A stretch of DNA of 62,620 nt from a virus (taxonomy: Duplodnaviria > Caudoviricetes), in the IMG/VR virus record IMGVR_UViG_3300048837_000408, positions 1 to 62,620 of that record. One strand, 5' to 3'. Within the stretch, counting starts at the first letter, position 1, and each line of letters starts with the position of its first letter. A program made the position numbers and the translations under genes. Shown here one piece after another: positions 20,560 to 29,804 of the stretch. A model generated the notes under the pieces. It did no database searches. It was not told the DNA's origin and worked only from the letters and a program-made list of their open reading frames with translations.

Positions 20560-20756
20560 TATTTTGGGGTGACGATATTGGCGCGAACGAAGGCATCCTT
20601 GGCTTCCAATAACTTCCGCATCCCAACAGACTTCTCCGGCCCATCCGGTAACATTTCTTCCATCAGATGAGCAAGCTCCGCGATGGGTTTACTGACCTTC
20701 TGCAACTGGGGCGGAAGGTGTTCGTAAGTAAAAAACTGAATCGTAGTTGACGGCAT
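20559..20756 (-). CDS. Acb2/Tad1-like helical hairpin protein (candidate cyclic-nucleotide sponge)
   Basis: FFTYEHLP...LA...LPDGPEKSVGMRKLLEAKDAFVRA resembles the Acb2 pattern P..RE.SLA.TKLEEA. Confidence 0.55.
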   Translation of the reverse strand: MPSTTIQFFTYEHLPPQLQKVSKPIAELAHLMEEMLPDGPEKSVGMRKLLEAKDAFVRANIVTPK

Positions 20757-20758
20757 TT

Positions 20759-21046
20759 CTAGTCCTCCATCATTTGAACAGAACGTAATACAGATTCTAA
20801 TCCCACCAGATCGAGCAGTTTACCCACCCGCTCAACTTCTGCTCTGGCGATCTCCACATCTATTTCTGCAATCTCCATATCATCAAACGCCTGATGATCA
20901 TTGGTTTGCATGAAGCGCATGGTCGCCGCCCGCTTGACCTCCAACGCCACCTGATAGTTCCGGTAGGCGGCTTGGATGATGATGGGGCTGATGATCGGCA
21001 TACCTTCCGGTGTCTCTCCTACTTCCACGTAACCTTCTTCTGTCAT
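20759..21046 (-). CDS. Hypothetical protein
   Basis: 95-aa ORF with RBS, tightly packed in the operon. Confidence 0.6.
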   Translation of the reverse strand: MTEEGYVEVGETPEGMPIISPIIIQAAYRNYQVALEVKRAATMRFMQTNDHQAFDDMEIAEIDVEIARAEVERVGKLLDLVGLESVLRSVQMMED

Positions 21047-21050
21047 AGTC

Positions 21051-21248
21051 CTAATCCTTTCTAAGTTTATGAATACATTCTTCCTTCTGTTCCCAGGCTT
21101 TCTTGTCCAGATAGGTTAATAACTCAAGGCGATCCAGTTCTGTCAGCAAATACTCGTTCATCAGATCCAATACGAATCCAGCTATGTCTCGCTTGAGTGC
21201 TCCCATATCTACAACATAGCCCTCATCATATTCCTTCTCCTCTGTCAT
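21051..21248 (-). CDS. Hypothetical protein
   Basis: 65-aa acidic ORF, ATGA-coupled. Confidence 0.6.
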   Translation of the reverse strand: MTEEKEYDEGYVVDMGALKRDIAGFVLDLMNEYLLTELDRLELLTYLDKKAWEQKEECIHKLRKD

Positions 21249-21724
21249 TTCATTTCCTCCCGTAATCCATAGGTTGCTATGCAGAGGGCGTCACAGATCC
21301 CATCATGCGGGACCCGACACCCCTCTGGAATAAGACTAACATCCGGGTAGGTGTGCTGACAAAAGGCGACCGCACCATCCTTATCATGCGCGTAGTCCTT
21401 GCTCAGCACCACCCGTTTCCATACGACTGGGGACACCAGCCTGACCGGAATACCCCATCCCTTTGCGATCCCCTGTACATACCCATACCCCTTACCGAAT
21501 GTGAACATAGATGTCACGCCCTGCCCCGGCCTTGCGCTCACTCTCTCCAGATACAAAACAGGATTTGTAAACCGGGCCACCATGAAGAAAGCCGACAGGT
21601 CATCCCCATTGATCTCATGGTCAACAAGGGGCATAGGCATTACCCAGATGGGGGTGAGTGCGCCGGGATGCAGGACAGCCACCCCACCATGTAGACCTGG
21701 ATCGATGCCAAGTATGCAGGTCAA
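21245..21724 (-). CDS. ruvC: RuvC-like Holliday junction resolvase
   Basis: ILGIDPG, LERV, GVTSMFTFGKGYG, P..WK, DGICDALCIA. Confidence 0.85.
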   Translation of the reverse strand: MTCILGIDPGLHGGVAVLHPGALTPIWVMPMPLVDHEINGDDLSAFFMVARFTNPVLYLERVSARPGQGVTSMFTFGKGYGYVQGIAKGWGIPVRLVSPVVWKRVVLSKDYAHDKDGAVAFCQHTYPDVSLIPEGCRVPHDGICDALCIATYGLREEMK

Positions 21725-21822
21725 TCTTCACCCTCCATATATGAGTGCCACAATAAGTAGCACAATAATGATCAATGAGCCAATGGCGTCTACCCACAAT
21801 GGATGTTCATCGGATGGTTGGG

Positions 21823-22083
21823 TCATTCTTCCTCTCCTTTAGATTGTCTCAACTCACGCTCACCTAGCATCTTCAGATAGGTGTCCTTCTCCATCCAACC
21901 AAGGTCATCTGTCTTGATCTCACATACGTCCCGGAACCGAACTTTGTAACCCAGATCATCACCAAAGGTGGCACAATCCGCTATGGCGCGGTTCCCATTA
22001 CGCACCGCAGGAACAATCATGATTACAAGAAATACAATCACTAAAATATACAGAAACCCCCACTCTTTAAAATGTGCTTTCAT
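21823..22083 (-). CDS. Hypothetical membrane-anchored protein
   Basis: N-terminal hydrophobic helix; coupled ORF. Confidence 0.55.
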   Translation of the reverse strand: MKAHFKEWGFLYILVIVFLVIMIVPAVRNGNRAIADCATFGDDLGYKVRFRDVCEIKTDDLGWMEKDTYLKMLGERELRQSKGEEE

Positions 22084-22289
22084 TCTTCCTCCTCCTCATC
22101 TTCCCATTCCGATTCTTCAGTTTCCTCTCGTTCCTCTAACTCATCTGCCCAACAATCCTCACAGTAATCATCCCCATTGTCGTGCGCCCAACCCCTCATT
22201 TCCATATCAACAATCTCATGTTGATGACGAACCTTAATTGCATTACGACAAGAGTCACAGCGAACAATAACTAAAGGATCATCCCACAT
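22080..22289 (-). CDS. Small zinc-finger protein with acidic tail
   Basis: CDSC and CEDC motifs. Confidence 0.6.
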   Translation of the reverse strand: MWDDPLVIVRCDSCRNAIKVRHQHEIVDMEMRGWAHDNGDDYCEDCWADELEEREETEESEWEDEEEEE

Positions 22290-23280
22290 TTTCTTCCTCC
22301 TCTCCCTCTACTGGTTCCTCAGTCATGGTAAATCCACCCTGAAGTTTCTCAAAGAATGGCGCGAAGATTTCATGGTCGCCGGTCTGCGCTTTCTCCAGCA
22401 GCCCATTCAACCGGCCATAACTCACTCCGTCCATCTTGACTACACTCTTACGCTCAGCGTGACCGGACACAAAGCAGTCGAACACCGCCGTCATCTCCAA
22501 ACTGACGCCATAGTTGGGAATGATGAACACATACCCCTTACGGTTGGGAACCACGCCACCATAGCGCAGCTTCTCCACCTTGATCTGCACATGACTTGAC
22601 CCATCATCCATAACTTCCGCTTTCCGAAGGATCAGGCGGTTGGCTACTGCATAGGATTTGCTAACCCCACCAGGCGTAATGTGTCCCCGATACCCAATGG
22701 CATCCATCATATGATTCACTTCGATCACCAGTTTGGGCGGCTCTGTGATCCGCAGCTTTGACAGGATACGCCGGTTCACCTTGGCTACCAACTGCGCCCG
22801 CTTACCCATGTTCGCTGCCGTCAGATCATTCTCCATTTCCGCAACGGGAATGATGGCTCCCAGGCTGTCGATGATTACCGCACCTGACTCACCCGTCAGA
22901 CTATCCACCGCCTCCAGTAGAATGTCCTCATGCTTACGGGGTTTCTTTTTCTTATCAATGGCTTCCACCACGTGCAAGATGCCATCAAACCCCACATGTT
23001 CAAGGGTTGCTGCCATGTGTCGTTCTTCCAGGGCAGTCTCCAGATCGGCTATCGTGATCCGTTTCTGTCCAGTAGCCTTGCAGATGATCCCCGCTAAGGC
23101 CATTGCCAGGGTGGATTTACCCACTCCGGGTGGGCCGTACAATTCCGTGGCTGTGCGGAGAGGATAACCCAGTTCTGTCCTGCTTCCTAACAGGTAGTCG
23201 AAACTGTACATCCCCGTCCGTACCCGCTGATAACTATTAGTCTGTCCCTGTACCGTTACCGTCATCCACACCCTCCGCAT
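22279..23280 (-). CDS. RecA/UvsX-like recombinase
   Basis: ELYGPPGVGKST Walker A, DLE, IIDSL Walker B, TPGG. Confidence 0.88.
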   Translation of the reverse strand: MRRVWMTVTVQGQTNSYQRVRTGMYSFDYLLGSRTELGYPLRTATELYGPPGVGKSTLAMALAGIICKATGQKRITIADLETALEERHMAATLEHVGFDGILHVVEAIDKKKKPRKHEDILLEAVDSLTGESGAVIIDSLGAIIPVAEMENDLTAANMGKRAQLVAKVNRRILSKLRITEPPKLVIEVNHMMDAIGYRGHITPGGVSKSYAVANRLILRKAEVMDDGSSHVQIKVEKLRYGGVVPNRKGYVFIIPNYGVSLEMTAVFDCFVSGHAERKSVVKMDGVSYGRLNGLLEKAQTGDHEIFAPFFEKLQGGFTMTEEPVEGEEEENVG

Positions 23281-23647
23281 AATCTAAGAAACAACGTGAG
23301 GTGCGCTGAAGGAATTTCTCCTGAGCATCCTCATACAGTTCTCGAAAGAACCCGCGCCGGTCGCTATCCACCTGCACCAGTATCTTTTCCACCGCCTCAT
23401 CAATCTCCGCCATTGCAAGATGCCCGACTTCATGGAGAATAAGCCGCCGTGTGAGGGGGGACTGTTTGATGGTACGCCTCAAATCAATGGTCGCATTGAG
23501 GTAACGGTAGGAGTAATGAGCCGCCCCCATATTGGAACTTGACCCACCCGGATTATCCATCAACTCAACTACAATACTCCATTCATTGCCAATACCCCAT
23601 ATCTGCTTGCTTCTACGCAATGCATCAACGATCCACTTCTGTATCAT
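23237..23647 (-). CDS. HEXXH zincin-like metallopeptidase
   Basis: LILHEVGHL motif and downstream E. Confidence 0.6.
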   Translation of the reverse strand: MIQKWIVDALRRSKQIWGIGNEWSIVVELMDNPGGSSSNMGAAHYSYRYLNATIDLRRTIKQSPLTRRLILHEVGHLAMAEIDEAVEKILVQVDSDRRGFFRELYEDAQEKFLQRTSRCFLDYAEGVDDGNGTGTD

Positions 23648-24519
23648 TTACCCCATGCCCCCTTCCTAAGTAACTGCCAGATGATTCCATATACCGACAT
23701 ATCCTGAATGGAGTCATCAATGCTCTCACACTTAGGCTGAGATGGTTGATCGAACACAGCATCACTGATCGTGATCTTGAAACCCATCAGGTTCATCAGG
23801 CGGGCAATCTTATCCCAAATTCGGGTCATCAAACCCAGTTCCCCGGTCCCCAGAATATTTGCTGGGGAATAATCCGCGTTCTTATTCAGGTGGACTTGAT
23901 ACATATTCTCAATGACTTCACGGAAAGCGCGGGTCTGGTTGGGACGGGAGAGTTCCGTGATGTGCACACCTTGGGGTATGCTCTTCTGACTCATCAAACC
24001 AATCACATCCCCCCAATTCTCTGCGACAACCGGCCATTGAAAGTTCTGATTATGGGGACGGCGCATGAGGATGCTGTAGCCCTGGAATTTCTGAACGTTA
24101 TGAGGACCATCATCAATCAGGACATCTCCCAACAATAGTCCCTTGTCATACCCCTCAACATAATCAGGATAGGTGCGCTTTGGATTTTCTTGTAAGAACC
24201 CATACCGAATAAGCCAGCGTAATTTCGAACCAGCCGCCCCATTCGTGGCTGAGGTGGCAAACACCACCCGGTAGCCCCGTTGTCTCAGACACTCTACCCC
24301 ACTAAAGGCTCCCCCTATCGGAAGTACATCGTCATACAAGGTAGGGTCTTCCAGGTAATCATAGATTTTCTCCCCACATTCAGGCTTGACCCGTTTGAGT
24401 AGGGACCACTCCGTCATGCTTTCTCGGGTCAGATTATCATCATAGTCTTTGTTGTACCGAGATAACCATGTTGGCATCAGATCGGCGCACACATCATCCA
24501 CATCCACGAATACAATCAT
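23644..24519 (-). CDS. HAD 5'(3')-deoxyribonucleotidase fused to a DUF1599-like nucleotide-modification domain
   Basis: VDVDDV, LIDD, PHN; then KNADY, RIWDKIARL, ESIDDSIQDMSVYGII. Confidence 0.8.
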   Translation of the reverse strand: MIVFVDVDDVCADLMPTWLSRYNKDYDDNLTRESMTEWSLLKRVKPECGEKIYDYLEDPTLYDDVLPIGGAFSGVECLRQRGYRVVFATSATNGAAGSKLRWLIRYGFLQENPKRTYPDYVEGYDKGLLLGDVLIDDGPHNVQKFQGYSILMRRPHNQNFQWPVVAENWGDVIGLMSQKSIPQGVHITELSRPNQTRAFREVIENMYQVHLNKNADYSPANILGTGELGLMTRIWDKIARLMNLMGFKITISDAVFDQPSQPKCESIDDSIQDMSVYGIIWQLLRKGAWGK

Positions 24520-25184
24520 TTCTCCACCACCCGCGCCTCTCGAATGATCCGCTCAATGGCGGTCTTGGCGAACTCCGTTTCCAGGTCTTGATTGAGATAC
24601 CCAATATATTCCTGATCGTCCCCCTGGCGGGCTAACAATGTACCATCCCGCTCCAGATACAGGGTTACAGCGGTATGCGAGTTCGTCACCTTGCCCCGCC
24701 TCTTACGCACCACCTCTTTGATAGAGGCGGGATCGGGGGCCTGGGCGATTTCTTCCCAGTCAGCCGCATCTAGTTCCCCCTCACGCACAGCAGCGGGCAG
24801 TAGTAGTAAGCCTTGAATGGGTTTCCCCAGTAGCGCCCGTTCAATGGCATCGGGTAGATCGGACTTCACGAATACCGTTTCCCACACCCCCACGTATTTG
24901 CGCGTAGTCTGGGGGCTGATGCCGGTTTCCGCAAACACCCGATCCTCGAAGTCATCATTGGGAATGCCAAAGCTCTCTCGCGCTTCCTTCCAACGGTACA
25001 GAAGTTTTGCCAGGGACAGTCCCGAGATGTGCATGGTCGCCTTCTGATCGCGCACAAAGGAAGCAATTCGGTCATCGCTTTGCTCAACAATGGCAGCATC
25101 CACCAATGTATCCACATAATTCAGCGCGACCCTGGCGGTATCCGTCACCGCAATCTCTTGATCCAGGTAGCCGTCTATGCTCAT
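24516..25184 (-). CDS. Hypothetical protein
   Basis: 222-aa ORF coupled on both sides. Confidence 0.65.
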   Translation of the reverse strand: MSIDGYLDQEIAVTDTARVALNYVDTLVDAAIVEQSDDRIASFVRDQKATMHISGLSLAKLLYRWKEARESFGIPNDDFEDRVFAETGISPQTTRKYVGVWETVFVKSDLPDAIERALLGKPIQGLLLLPAAVREGELDAADWEEIAQAPDPASIKEVVRKRRGKVTNSHTAVTLYLERDGTLLARQGDDQEYIGYLNQDLETEFAKTAIERIIREARVVEK

Positions 25185-25435
25185 TCCTGTACTCCCTCTA
25201 ATTCTTTCTTAATCTGTTGGTATTCATTGAAGTCATACACCAATAAATTAATGACCAACGGATCTCCAACCATAATCCTAGATGCAATCTCATTTGTGAT
25301 CGCTATTTTTATGTACCCCCACCCATCTTTCCCTGTACCCATTCCCATAAGATTATCTTCCGGGAACGAGTAGATATGTTTATTTTGATCACACATATTT
25401 TTTAGCACAATAAATGGGCTAATCATCGAAGCCAT
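25181..25435 (-). CDS. Hypothetical protein (AT-rich)
   Basis: 84-aa ORF in operon. Confidence 0.55.
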   Translation of the reverse strand: MASMISPFIVLKNMCDQNKHIYSFPEDNLMGMGTGKDGWGYIKIAITNEIASRIMVGDPLVINLLVYDFNEYQQIKKELEGVQE

Positions 25436-25653
25436 TGCCTTTCAACCCGATTGGCCGACTGTCTGAGTGCGAGGGCCAAATCACGCGCACCTTGTGGAGT
25501 AAGTATAGTTCGTGTCATACCCACTACTAGTTCAACATTATCCTTACCATCATCCACACGGATTTCTATTCCAGGCATATTATCAGGGATTGAATAATCA
25601 ATCTTCCGCATAATATCGGGATCTGTGTTATCTTGAAACTCTAATTTGTTCAT
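25423..25653 (-). CDS. Hypothetical protein (AT-rich)
   Basis: 76-aa ORF; ARDLALALRQSA helix. Confidence 0.55.
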   Translation of the reverse strand: MNKLEFQDNTDPDIMRKIDYSIPDNMPGIEIRVDDGKDNVELVVGMTRTILTPQGARDLALALRQSANRVERQWLR

Positions 25654-25812
25654 CCCTTCCTCCCCACATACACCTTCTCTTGCGGAATGTTGTACTCCGT
25701 AATCAGATCGCTGATCTTATGCCACATTTCCTCGGGTGCAGTTGCACAGATGTGGATGGCCTTCTCTTTCCCATCCCGGCACTCGAATACACGCACCACT
25801 GCTTCGTACTCA

Positions 25813-26031
25813 CTAACCAACGCTTTTAGCGTATATGCCTTTGACATCTCGCACCTTCTCCTCTGGAATTTTGAACTCACCCCGCGCCCAATTGATGTCG
25901 GCTACATAATCCTCTCTCGTTGTGCCAAAAGCCTCGATCAACTCTAAGGACGAAAAACTTTTCTTCTCCACTACCAATACATACCAGTCATCACCCAACT
26001 CAGCCCCGATGATATAAGTATTCTTTGCCAT
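25813..26031 (-). CDS. Hypothetical protein
   Basis: MAKNTYIIG start within the 85-aa ORF. Confidence 0.5.
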   Translation of the reverse strand: MAKNTYIIGAELGDDWYVLVVEKKSFSSLELIEAFGTTREDYVADINWARGEFKIPEEKVRDVKGIYAKSVG

Positions 26032-26236
26032 TCCTGTAATTCTCCCGATAGATATGAACATGCGAATCATCTACGTTATATTTCATTTTCGCTAGAATAA
26101 GATCATCTTCGTAAGTGCTGGCAGTCGTTTCAATGGTGGCAAGAACTTGGAAAGAATAGCCTCTCCTCTCCATCACTACAATCACACTCACATCATCCCC
26201 ATGCGATAAATCCAACCCAATAACTTTAGCCGCCAT
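26000..26236 (-). CDS. Hypothetical protein
   Basis: 78-aa AT-rich ORF; IGLDLSHGDD start. Confidence 0.5.
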   Translation of the reverse strand: MAAKVIGLDLSHGDDVSVIVVMERRGYSFQVLATIETTASTYEDDLILAKMKYNVDDSHVHIYRENYRNGKEYLYHRG

Positions 26237-26771
26237 TCCTGTATTCCTTTCTAATGTCTTTCGTATAGTCTGCGAATCGTTGAACCGCCAGCCGGAAGTC
26301 CCCCACCACCATGCTCAGTAGAACCTTGGGGGTGTATGCTGCCACCACTACCTCCACATTGGAGGGGAACAGGGCGGGGCGGGGCAACCGACAGGCATTG
26401 ATCTTGGATACCGTCTGCCCCACGCAAATCTTTGTTACCTCGCTACCCATCAGGAGCACCCCACGTGCGGTGCGTAGCTCCTCAAGGAACATCTCCATCA
26501 TATGCGCGTAGCATTGTTCCTTGAACTCTTTACCCACCTTGGGGTCGTGTCTCCACAGCAGGGTCGCCCGACACTCACCGTACTGGATGCCAGCCCGGAT
26601 CAGTTCACTACGGAGGGCTTGCCCCGCTTCTCCCACGAAGGTAGCATTGACCCGCAGTTCCTCATAGTCAGGCGACTCGCCCACCAGCAGGATCGGAGCG
26701 TTCTTCTTACCGGAAGTGGCTACCTCTTTCCTTTTACAGACGGGGCACTCGTTCATTTCTTCTCTCCCCAA
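26226..26771 (-). CDS. Family-4 uracil-DNA-glycosylase-like protein adjacent to PolA
   Basis: CPVC, ILLVGESP..EE, FVGEAG, LLMG motifs; final HP motif reads TP. Confidence 0.75.
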   Translation of the reverse strand: MGREEMNECPVCKRKEVATSGKKNAPILLVGESPDYEELRVNATFVGEAGQALRSELIRAGIQYGECRATLLWRHDPKVGKEFKEQCYAHMMEMFLEELRTARGVLLMGSEVTKICVGQTVSKINACRLPRPALFPSNVEVVVAAYTPKVLLSMVVGDFRLAVQRFADYTKDIRKEYRNGG

Positions 26772-28477
26772 TTTGGTCCCCAGAATGGCTCCGCCACTAC
26801 CGGGATGGTGTCACCCAATGTCATGCGCCCCGCCTCTGTCCAGGCATCACACAGTAATTGGATATACGCATCCTTGTATTCCAGCGGGACATCACACACG
26901 ATCTCATCGTGCACGAACATGGTCAGGCAGAAGGGCAGTCCCCGCCTGGTCGCCTCACTGTGAACGAACGCACCCGCGATCTTGGTTTGATGGGCAGCAG
27001 TGGATTGAATCGGGGCGTTGATCGCATTGTTCTTCCACTGATAGGAGTGCATATTCATCCAGCACCGCCGACCCAAAGCGTTCCGCACATACTCTTTGCG
27101 CTGCGCCTCACGCCGATACTTCTCCATGTACAGCTTCACCCCAGGGAACCCCCGGAAGTAGGTCGCTAGATGTCGTTCGGCTTCTTCCTCCGAGATGCCA
27201 GCCTTCGCCGCAATCCCCGCAGCACTCATACCATAGGGGATACCCAGGTTGATCGACTTTGCAGTTAGATACTTTGCCTTGTCGGACTTGTCGAAGTTTG
27301 GATCACTGAAGACCAACCGCCCGGTGGTGATGTGGGGACTGATGCCACTCTGGAGATCCCCGATGAGGTGCTTGTCCCCGCTGAGTTTAGCGAGAATGCG
27401 AGGTTCCTGTTGAGCAACATCTGCCCCCACTGTGATACAACCCTTCCCCGGTATAAATAGATTCCGAAATTCCGGCACGGTACGAGCGGGAATATTCTGG
27501 AGATTGGGATCTGTGCTTGACATTCTGGAGGTATCCACCGCCCCACAAATTTTCCAGTTGGTGTACACCCACTCATCGTCCTCCAGGTACTTTTCAATCC
27601 AGTTGTATCCATAGGTTCCCGCCGCCTTCGAGTAGTGTCTATACGCAAGAATGTTGTCGATCAGTTCCAGACCGGACTTGCGCCCCCGCTGGATGAGCTT
27701 ATCCTTCAGATCGTTCAGGTGTTCCTCATCCGTGGAGGGAATCTTGAACCCAAACACTTCCTGAATTTTCTTCTGTACCTGCTGCCACGATCCGGGGTTG
27801 AAGTCAAGGCTTGCTCTGATCTCATCGGATTTAGTCTGGAAGGTATGCGCCAGATTCGTCCACCCCTCTACATCTATCCGAGCGGGGGGCATATCCAGCA
27901 CCACCCAGATCATCGGAGCGTCAGCATCCCAGTAGAAATCAAAGGGTTCATCATTATCTTCTATGTAGGCCATCTGCTGTTTGGCTATCCGCAAGGTGGA
28001 CAGGGCATCCTTCGCCGCGTACTCCTTACGTTGGGGGGTCATCTCGGTTGCGGATTGGAACTCGTCCCGCGTTTCCTTCTCCATGTACTCCCCCAACCAA
28101 CGGATCGAGAGGGAACCCAGATCGAACAGTGAGTGATACCCACCCCATAGCTCCTGATCCACCAGCATCGTGTCCCAGATAGGGCGGGGGAGGATGGTTG
28201 CCCATCTCCGCATCTGACGCAGATCGAACACCGCGTTTTGTAGCACCCATCGTCCCGCCTTCAGTAGATCCACCACCTTACGCAGATCATAGGAGTCGTA
28301 GATTTGGTATACTGTCGGATTATCGCTATCCATATCCCGCTCTAGGGCGATGGACAGACAGGCGAACTCACCCGTTGGCCGATGGAGCTTACCATCAATC
28401 ATGGAATACAGTTCCATATCTAGACTAGCCATCTCACCTGAATAGGCTTCAGGCGGTAGCCCCTCATGGACGATCAT
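26753..28477 (-). CDS. polA: Family A DNA polymerase with 3'-5' exonuclease
   Basis: ExoI DME, ExoII NAVFD, ExoIII YAAKD; RMSSTDPNLQNIP, DVAQQEPR, KSINLGIPYG, VHDE. Confidence 0.95.
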   Translation of the reverse strand: MIVHEGLPPEAYSGEMASLDMELYSMIDGKLHRPTGEFACLSIALERDMDSDNPTVYQIYDSYDLRKVVDLLKAGRWVLQNAVFDLRQMRRWATILPRPIWDTMLVDQELWGGYHSLFDLGSLSIRWLGEYMEKETRDEFQSATEMTPQRKEYAAKDALSTLRIAKQQMAYIEDNDEPFDFYWDADAPMIWVVLDMPPARIDVEGWTNLAHTFQTKSDEIRASLDFNPGSWQQVQKKIQEVFGFKIPSTDEEHLNDLKDKLIQRGRKSGLELIDNILAYRHYSKAAGTYGYNWIEKYLEDDEWVYTNWKICGAVDTSRMSSTDPNLQNIPARTVPEFRNLFIPGKGCITVGADVAQQEPRILAKLSGDKHLIGDLQSGISPHITTGRLVFSDPNFDKSDKAKYLTAKSINLGIPYGMSAAGIAAKAGISEEEAERHLATYFRGFPGVKLYMEKYRREAQRKEYVRNALGRRCWMNMHSYQWKNNAINAPIQSTAAHQTKIAGAFVHSEATRRGLPFCLTMFVHDEIVCDVPLEYKDAYIQLLCDAWTEAGRMTLGDTIPVVAEPFWGPNWGEKK

Positions 28478-29804
28478 AATATTTGATCCTTCTCCCCAAC
28501 CATTCAGTCACCGTGGTTGACACCACATTACCCGCCATCCGGTACTGCGTACTGTCGCTCATCCCATCGCACCAATCATCGGGGAATCCCTGAAGTCTCA
28601 TACATTCAACCGGAGTCAATCGGCGCACACCCACCGTACCGACCATAAGGTCGGTACTACTCTTATAGTCACGCATGGCTATGGTACTGGCTACTTCATC
28701 CTCCTCACACTGATCCGATCGTTGCATTCGATAGGTAACTGCGGGAGGATGATCTAATGCTAAGGTATCAGTAACTTCTATTGAATGAATTGGCCCCTGT
28801 GCTCCTGTTTGATTGGTGCGAAACGCTACTGTTACATAATTATCACTGTCCTCTCGATGGGACAATTGTGCCTGAGAACGCAGAGAGCGCGCACAATCCC
28901 TTGAAACCATTACCGGATTTGTATAGTTTAGTGAATACGATCCATTCTCCTTTGCTTGTAGTGTCCCACTCACGCCCCCCTGTAATCGGAAGTTTCTAAC
29001 ATCTACTGCATCGTTGAATAGATACAGCCCAGTCTTGGCCCCCATCCCACCACCGTCACCCTGGAGTGTGACTGATGTGTCCGGATCTATTCTAATTCGG
29101 TCTGCTGTCCTGCCGAAGTCAATAGTGCTTTCTTCAGAATGGGAGGCAGCTCCTTCCCCCGCTTTTCTGCTCGGCGGAGTATCCCCAGGCAAGCCTTCTG
29201 GCTCAAGTAATACTTGGATGCTACCTTCCCCTCCAAAATGGACGACAACGAACACACGCTTGCGCCGTTGGGCCAGTCCGAAATATTGGGAATCCAATAC
29301 TCTCCATGCGAGTGTCGCTTGTCCACTTCGAGCCACGCCGGTTCTTGCCCACCGCCCAGATCGAGGCATTGGAATGTCGGCTTGGAGCAGTTCCGCAATG
29401 ACCGCCTGGAAATCGCGTCCCTGGTTGCTTGACAAAGCACCCGGTACATTCTCCCAGACTGCCCAATCGGGGCCGACCTCTCGAATAATTCTTGCTCCCT
29501 CAAAGAATAGGTTGCTTCGCTTACCATCTAATCCCTCCCGCCGCCCCGCCACCGATAAGTCCTGGCAAGGTGAACCGAAACTAATAATGTCTGCATACGG
29601 TAATGGGAAGGGCCTTCCTTCCCCACACAATTGAATGTCGCCGTAGATCAGATGGTCAGGCCAATGCTTGCGGAGCACCTGCTGGCAGTTCTTGTCAATC
29701 TCTACGTGCGCGATTGTCTCAATCCCCGCTTGCTCAAAGCCATAAGCGAACCCGCCCATCCCGGCAAAGAGATCAATATGATTCACCAGACCTCCCGGCA
29801 GCAC
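28464..29804 (-). CDS. C5 cytosine DNA methyltransferase
   Basis: DLFAGMGG, GSPCQD, ENV, QRRKR, RRLTPVECMRLQGFP, GN motifs; likely start GTG 29786. Confidence 0.93.
   Translation of the reverse strand: MLPGGLVNHIDLFAGMGGFAYGFEQAGIETIAHVEIDKNCQQVLRKHWPDHLIYGDIQLCGEGRPFPLPYADIISFGSPCQDLSVAGRREGLDGKRSNLFFEGARIIREVGPDWAVWENVPGALSSNQGRDFQAVIAELLQADIPMPRSGRWARTGVARSGQATLAWRVLDSQYFGLAQRRKRVFVVVHFGGEGSIQVLLEPEGLPGDTPPSRKAGEGAASHSEESTIDFGRTADRIRIDPDTSVTLQGDGGGMGAKTGLYLFNDAVDVRNFRLQGGVSGTLQAKENGSYSLNYTNPVMVSRDCARSLRSQAQLSHREDSDNYVTVAFRTNQTGAQGPIHSIEVTDTLALDHPPAVTYRMQRSDQCEEDEVASTIAMRDYKSSTDLMVGTVGVRRLTPVECMRLQGFPDDWCDGMSDSTQYRMAGNVVSTTVTEWLGRRIKYYDRP
29087..29527 (-). CDS. Nested alternative-frame ORF inside the C5 MTase
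   Basis: 146 aa containing SLSSILE...KYYLSQKACLGILRRA..RGKELP, a segment normally associated with C5 MTases. Confidence 0.6.
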   Translation of the reverse strand: MVSEATYSLREQELFERSAPIGQSGRMYRVLCQATRDAISRRSLRNCSKPTFQCLDLGGGQEPAWLEVDKRHSHGEYWIPNISDWPNGASVCSLSSILEGKVASKYYLSQKACLGILRRAEKRGKELPPILKKALLTSAGQQTELE

